From NCBI RefSeq assembly GCF_009914755.1, contig NC_060925.1: DNA of 64,000 nucleotides. One strand, given 5' to 3'. Both the position numbers and the translations under genes were made by a program. Each line of letters begins with the position of its first letter. The first letter of the stretch is position 1. This document shows, piece after piece, positions 56,084 through 64,000 of this stretch. Below the pieces are notes generated by a model that ran no database searches, was not told the origin of the DNA, and saw nothing but the letters and a program-made list of their open reading frames with translations. Origin of the DNA: the human T2T-CHM13v2.0 reference genome, Homo sapiens.

Positions 56084-56970
56084 GTGCACTACTGAAGTTA
56101 TAGGACAAAAAGGGATACAACAAAAACATGAAGAGCCCTTGCTTCTTGTCAGCTTCACACAACATGTCTTTTTTTTGAGACAGGATCTCACTCTGTTGCC
56201 CAGCCTGGAGTGCAGTGGTGATCTTGGCTCATTGCAGCCTCAGCCTCCTGGGCTGAATCTATCCTCCCATCTCAGCCTCCCAAATAGCTGGAACTACAGG
56301 TGCGTGCCCACAACTGGCTAATTTTTAATTTTATTTATTTATATATTTATTTGTAGAAATGGAGCCTCTCATGTTGTTTAGGCTGGTTTTGAATTCCTGG
56401 GCTCAGGCTATCCTCCCTCCTTTGCCTCACAAAGGGCCGGGATTACAGGTGTGAGCCACTGTGCCTGGCCAACATGCTTTTCTCTTAAGAGTGGTGGGGA
56501 TTTCCTGGAAATTACAGTTGCCAAGAGTCAAACAAGTGGTTTGGGCAATTTGAAGAAGAGGGGCTGTTTTGTAGCTAAGAAGGCAAAGTCCAGACCACTC
56601 GGATTTCCCTCTTCAGTTACCTCTTTCAGCAAACCCAGCACAGGCGCCTCCAGCTGGTCAGGCCCAGGAAGAAGCACTGCCATTGAGTCAAAGGCTCCTG
56701 ACAGAGCACTGAGTGGGGGCTTAGCTCCCCACCCCCACCCCTGCTTCCACTCTGAGCCCTGGCTGTGTCTGTCTGGGATGGGGGCATCTTTCCTTTTTTT
56801 TTTTTTTTTTTTTAATATATATATATATATATTTTGCCCGGGTGCAGTGGCTCATGCCTGTAATCCCAGCACTTTGGGAGGCTGAGGCGGGTGGATCACA
56901 AGGTCAGGAAATCGAGACCATCCTGGCTAACACAGTGAAACCCTGTCTCTACGAAAAATACAAAAAATTA

Positions 56971-57126
<156 letters not shown>

Positions 57127-57162
57127 TTAAAATTAAAAAAAATAAATTTTTTAATTAATTAA

Positions 57163-57384
<222 letters not shown>

Positions 57385-58578
57385 TGATCCTCCTGCCTCG
57401 GCCTCCCAAAGCGCTAGGATTACAGGTGTGAGGTCACCATGCCCAGCCTATTTATTTATTTATTTATTTAATGAGATGGGCTCTTGTTGTGTTGCCTAGG
57501 CTGGTCTTGAACTCCTGGGTTCAAGCAATCCTCCCATCTTGGCCTCCCAAAGTGCTGTGATTATAGGTGTGAACCACTGTGCTCGGCTGGAGGCATCTTT
57601 TTCTAATTCACACAAAGGCCTAGAGGAGTCCCCTTTTCTACATTCACAAAGATATCTTATTGGTTACTGGTGGTGGTGATGATGGCGTCTTCAGGGGACA
57701 CTGACCAAAAAGCTGAGGTATTTAAAAGAAGCCCTTGCAGGCCTGGTGTGGTGACTGATGCCTGTAATGCCAGCACTTTGGGAGGGTGAGGTGGGCGGAT
57801 CCCTTGAGCCCAAAAGTTTGAGACCCACCTGGGTAACCCAGCCAAACCCCCTTTTTGCTAAATATACAAAAATTAGCCAGGCGTGGTGGTGTGCGCTTGT
57901 AGTCCCAGATACCTGAGAGGCTGAGGTGAGAGGATTGCTTAAGCCTGGGAGTTCAGGGCTGCAATGAGCCATGATAGTGCCACTGCACTCCAGCCTGGGT
58001 GACAGAGCAAGACCCTGTCTCAGAAAAAAAAAAAAAGAAAAGAAGCCCTGCATGCAGTCAAAAGCTGAGTAAGACTCCAGCACCCCTCAGATGGGCTTAT
58101 GAGGAGCTCCTGTGCCCTCCCAGAACTCTCTCCCTTGTTCCAATTTCAGGTGTAACCATTGCCAACTGCCTGCTCAGCCCTGGGAGCACTGGCTGCCCTA
58201 GACTCCTTGCCTGCCCTCCTTCCCCACCAGTCCCATAGGTTACCTTCCACGCATACCTCGACATGCCCTAGATTATAAATCAGGCCACAGGCTCAGGGGC
58301 AAGAAAAGTCACACGGCTTTATTTTCATTAAATCAATAGCAGTGGGTCTCTGAGCTTTCTTCCCTCGGGACTGGCAGAAGATTCAGTCTCAGTGATTATT
58401 TTGATGCCCCTCATTTCCTTGGGGTGACCTAGGCCCTAAACAGAAATGGGGCTTTAGTCTGTAGTTGTTTGTGGACATAATATACTCATCGGCTAAGGCT
58501 GCACAGTTCCTAGGGGCTGGAAATTCTGCTGCACCTCTGACCCCAGGGACTTAGCTAGGCCAGGAGCCTTGTGGTTGA

Positions 58579-59058
<480 letters not shown>

Positions 59059-59348
59059 TGAACTCTTAAGATCCAGCAACGTCTGTTTGCTGCCCTGGCT
59101 ATGCCAGTCTCCCCTCTCTTATGACTGTTCCCTCCCTCCTTTCACTACCCCCTCTAGGAGGTCAGAGGACACACCCTGGAGGTAGCTGTCTCCAAGAAGC
59201 TGTGGCTTTCTACTCTGCCACATCCTCCTCCAAGGGAAGGGATCTTTGCTACCTACTTAGAATGGGGTTTAAAAATACAGTTAGAGGCCAGGCGTGGTGG
59301 CTCAAGCCTGTAATCCTAGTACTTTGGGAGGCCGAGGCGGGCGGATCA

Positions 59349-59606
<258 letters not shown>

Positions 59607-59701
59607 TCAACCAATTACCCAGCCACAGCCTCTTCAGTTCCTCCCTACTACTAGTTACCAGTTCCTAAGCGTAGCCCCTTACAGCTTTTCACCAAGACTT
59701 C

Positions 59702-60101
59702 TGCTATGGTTTAAATGCTTGTTCGCTCTAAAGCTGGTGTTATAATTGGTTACCATTATGGAGGTATTGGGAGGTTGGACCTTTAGAAGGTGATTGGGCC
59801 ATCAGGGCTCCACTCTCATGAGTGGGAGTAATGCTGTTACAAAAGGGCAAGTTTGGTCTTCTTTTGTCTTGGCCCTTTGCCAAGACATGCCATGTGAGGA
59901 CTCAGCCTTTCTCCTCTCCAGAGGATGCAGCATGCAAGGCATCATCTTGGAAGAAGCGAATGGCCTTACCAGACACCCAGCCTGCTGGTGCCTTGATCTT
60001 ACACTTTCCAGCCTGCAAAACTGTGAGCCAATACACTTCTGCTCTTTATTAAATACTCAGTCTCAGGTATTCTGTTATAACAGCACAGAAAGGACTATGA
60101 C
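59702..60101 (+). mobile_element. ERVL-MaLR solo LTR (MST/MLT1A-type)
   Basis: tgctatggtttaaatg...tgccttgatcttacactttccagcc...aactgtgag...cagtctcaggtattctgttataacagcac...ggactatgaca. Confidence 0.75.
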
Positions 60102-60826
60102 AACTTCCCTGCCTTAGCCTCCTTGCTTGCTGGTTTCCCCAAAAATCCATCTTCCACAGAGCCAGTGCATCTTTCTAAAATGCAAATTAGGTTGTGTCTC
60201 TGCCATAGCTCCCCACAGCTCTCAGCTCAAACAGCTGAGCACAACCTGGCTCCTGCCTGCTTCCCCAGGCTTAGCACCCCAAGCCCAATATCACCCAACT
60301 CAGCTCTCTGGGATGATTCAGCTCCTTCTGCCTGGGATACCCTCCTCCCCAGCTTTCTCCTTTTCCTGCTAACTCCTACTTGTAAATTAAGGTTAAGCTG
60401 GTGGGACAACCATATCTTACGTGCTTTGCCATGCAAAACAACAGGAAAGACCCAAGACCACCTGAGAAGTCTTCTTCCCCAAAAGTCAAACCTGAATGTC
60501 ATCAAACCCTTGGCTGTAACTATCAGTTTACAGGAAATATGGGGGACAGAGGAATATGTTAAATGACACCACCAGAAAGGAATCAGCCAAATCCTCCAGA
60601 ATGTGGGAAATTCACAGGACAAAGAACAAGGAAAAAATGGGGAGAGGGCAGGAGAGCTACAAATTAAGGGAGACTTAAGAGACACATCTACCAAATGCAA
60701 TGTGTGGACCTTGTTTGGACCCTGATTTGAAAGAACCCGCTGTAAAAAAAAAAAAAAAAAAAAGAGACATCAGGGAAATTTGGTGACATCAGGGAAACTG
60801 ACCACATATCTGCCTGGTGGAAGTAA

Positions 60827-61030
<204 letters not shown>

Positions 61031-61185
61031 TAGATCTGATAATGTGTTAGAAAAAGAGAGTCCTAGCCGGGTGCAGTGGCTCACGCCTGTAATCCCAGCA
61101 CTTTGGGAGGCCAAGGTGGGCAGATCACCTGAGGTTGGGAGTTTGAGACCAGCCTGACCAATATGGAGAAACCCCATCTCTACTA

Positions 61186-61344
<159 letters not shown>

Positions 61345-61742
61345 TCAAAAAAAAAAAAAAAAAGAAAGAAAGAAAAAGAGAATCCTTACCTTTTAGAGAT
61401 AAATACTGTTTACGTTCAAGATGATATGATCACTGGAATTTAACATCATACAGTGAGGGCCAGGTATGGTAGCTCACACCTGTCAGCCCAGTGCTTTGGG
61501 AGGCTGAGGTGGGAGGATCACTTGAAGCCAGGAGTTTGGGACCAGCCTGAGTAATGTAGTGAGATGCTGTTTCTAAAAAAAAAAAAAAAAAACAAAAAAA
61601 AAAACAAAAAAAAGCCAGGTGAGGTAGCGAGTGCCTATAGTTCCAGCTATTCCAGAGGTTGAAGCAGGAAGATAGGAAGATAGCTTGAGTCCAGGAGCTC
61701 GAGGCTGCAGTGAGCTATTATTATCTTGCCACTGCACTCTAG

Positions 61743-62212
<470 letters not shown>

Positions 62213-62246
62213 TCACAAGGTCAGGAGATCGAGACCATCCTGGCTA

Positions 62247-62469
<223 letters not shown>

Positions 62470-63003
62470 TCAAAAGTGAGTATAGATGAAATAAGAGTGG
62501 CCATAAGTTCATAATTACTGAAGCTGGAGGAAGGTACTTGGGGGTTCATTACACCATTCTCTCTCCTGTTTCTGTTTGACTGTTTCCATAATACAATGTT
62601 AAGAAAGGATTAAACGTGTCACCCCCTCCTAGAAGCCCTCTCACATTCCTCAGTCTGAATTAGATCCCCCTTTCCGGGGCTTGCCAATACACCTGATGTG
62701 CTGACCGGCAATTCTGTTGTTTGCCCCTCCCTCTTGGGGGCAGGGGCTGCACTGGCAGGAGAGGTGTGGCTTCCACTTAAGGGTCCGGTATGCCTGCCTC
62801 CTCGGGCCAGCCCAGATCATACCCTGCTGGGCAAAGGAGGAAGAGCCAGAGGATCCAGACGCCTTGGAGGACTTGGAACACCTGTAACAGGACAAGGAGT
62901 CCTGCTCCGGCACGTGGCCACAGAAAACTACTTAGGAAGCCTGTGGTGAGAACAACAACAGTGCCTGGAGAATCCCACGGCTCTGGGGAAGTGAGCCCCG
63001 AGG

Positions 63004-63064
63004 ATGAGGCTGCTCGCCTGGCTGATTTTCCTGGCTAACTGGGGAGGTGCCAGGGCTGAACCAG
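63004..63064 (+). CDS. SMPDL3B: SMPDL3B coding exon 1 (signal peptide MRLLAWLIFLANWGGARAEP(G))
   Basis: aggATGagg at 63004, hydrophobic signal peptide, donor CAG|gtacag at 63064/63065. N-terminus recognised as acid sphingomyelinase-like phosphodiesterase 3b and consistent with known gene order. Too short to appear in the ORF track. Confidence 0.9.
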
Positions 63065-63344
63065 GTACAGCACTGGGAATGTCTGCTATGCCTTTGTTTT
63101 GTACTGTGAACTCTGGGGCTGCGGGAAGCTGCTCGCAGCCAGCTTGAAGGTGCTTCTAAAGATAGCAAGGCAGGAGCTAGGCAGGGAGGCAGGTGGGGAG
63201 AGCTAGTGGGACTTAGCAAGTGCTGTTTGAGGCTGAAGATTTTAAGTGGAGGCGCCAGCTGGCCAGGGAGGGACACCGACATTGCGAAGAGGTCTGGGTA
63301 CGTGAGAGCTAGCTAATTAGTAGAGGTAGGAGGTGGCAGGAAAG

Positions 63345-63990
63345 ATTCGTGGACTCATTCAACAAATGAGGTCCTTTCCTGTACCATACGTTATTCTAGG
63401 AGCCAGGGATATATCAGAGAAGAAAAGAAAGTCCCCGTCTCAATGAAGAATTCCTTCATCTGGGGAGAAAAAAACAAACCACACGAACAAGTAAAGTACG
63501 CAGCATTGGAGGAGATGATGAGTGTTATGGGGAAAATAAAGTAGAACAGGGAAGGCGGGTTGTGGGGAGGGGGTACTTACAAGACGGCCAGAGAAGAGCT
63601 GTCAAATCAGGTGACACTCAAGTGGAGCCTTGAGGCAGTGAGTGGGGGAGCCACATGGGTGTCCAGAACATTACAGGAAGAGAGGACAGTGCACGGGGTC
63701 TGAGGTGGACACACAGGTGATGTGCATGAGGAACAGCAAGGAAGCCCGCGTGGCTGAAGCAGGGTGGGCAGGACAAGTGGGGGTGAGGTTGGCAGATGGT
63801 GGGGTGGGGCAGGTGCCAAATCATGGATAGCCTCGAAGACTCTCTTGAGGACTCAGACATTTTTCTTTCCACGTGCCTGTAGATAGGAAGGACGCAGGCT
63901 TTTGCTCAGGGTGAAATGGGATGTCATTGGAGGGTTCTAGGCACAGGTGTAATCTATTCTGACTTCTGTATGTTTAAAAGGACCCTTGAG
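63345..63990 (-). mobile_element. L2 fragment in SMPDL3B intron 1
   Basis: cattcattcaacaaat-like 3' end and L2 motifs (aggaacagcaaggaagcccgcgtggctgaagc, gggatgtcattggagggtt). Confidence 0.6.
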
Positions 63991-64000
63991 GCCAGACGCA

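Overview
This is human (or very closely related hominid) genomic DNA, extremely Alu-dense, recognisable as the 1p35.3 THEMIS2-RPA2-SMPDL3B locus. It contains THEMIS2 exons 2-6 (+ strand; exon 1 lies upstream of the window), the complete RPA2 gene (- strand, 9 exons, 270 aa, plus an alternative first exon and an in-frame intron 1), the RPA2 CpG-island promoter and SMPDL3B exon 1 (+). All exon boundaries were read by hand from GT/AG sites and splice in frame. The rest is interspersed repeat: dozens of Alus, L1, L2/MIR, Tigger1, MER8, MER53, MER81-like, a MER4-family LTR and a MaLR LTR. Nearly all ORFs in the track are Alu or low-complexity artefacts. I see no evidence for a wholly new biological system. 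The most notable non-obvious structures are: (1) an L1PA insertion carrying about 0.9 kb of 3'-transduced foreign DNA inside a 17-bp target-site duplication; (2) a perfect 40-bp inverted repeat in THEMIS2 intron 1; (3) a dual-frame THEMIS2 exon 5 whose alternative stop should escape NMD; (4) several RPA2 N-terminal variants that alter the Ser4 context; (5) indications, from recall only, that this haplotype's THEMIS2 gene is longer than in GRCh38. Repeat family names are from recognition of consensus sequences, not from a database search.
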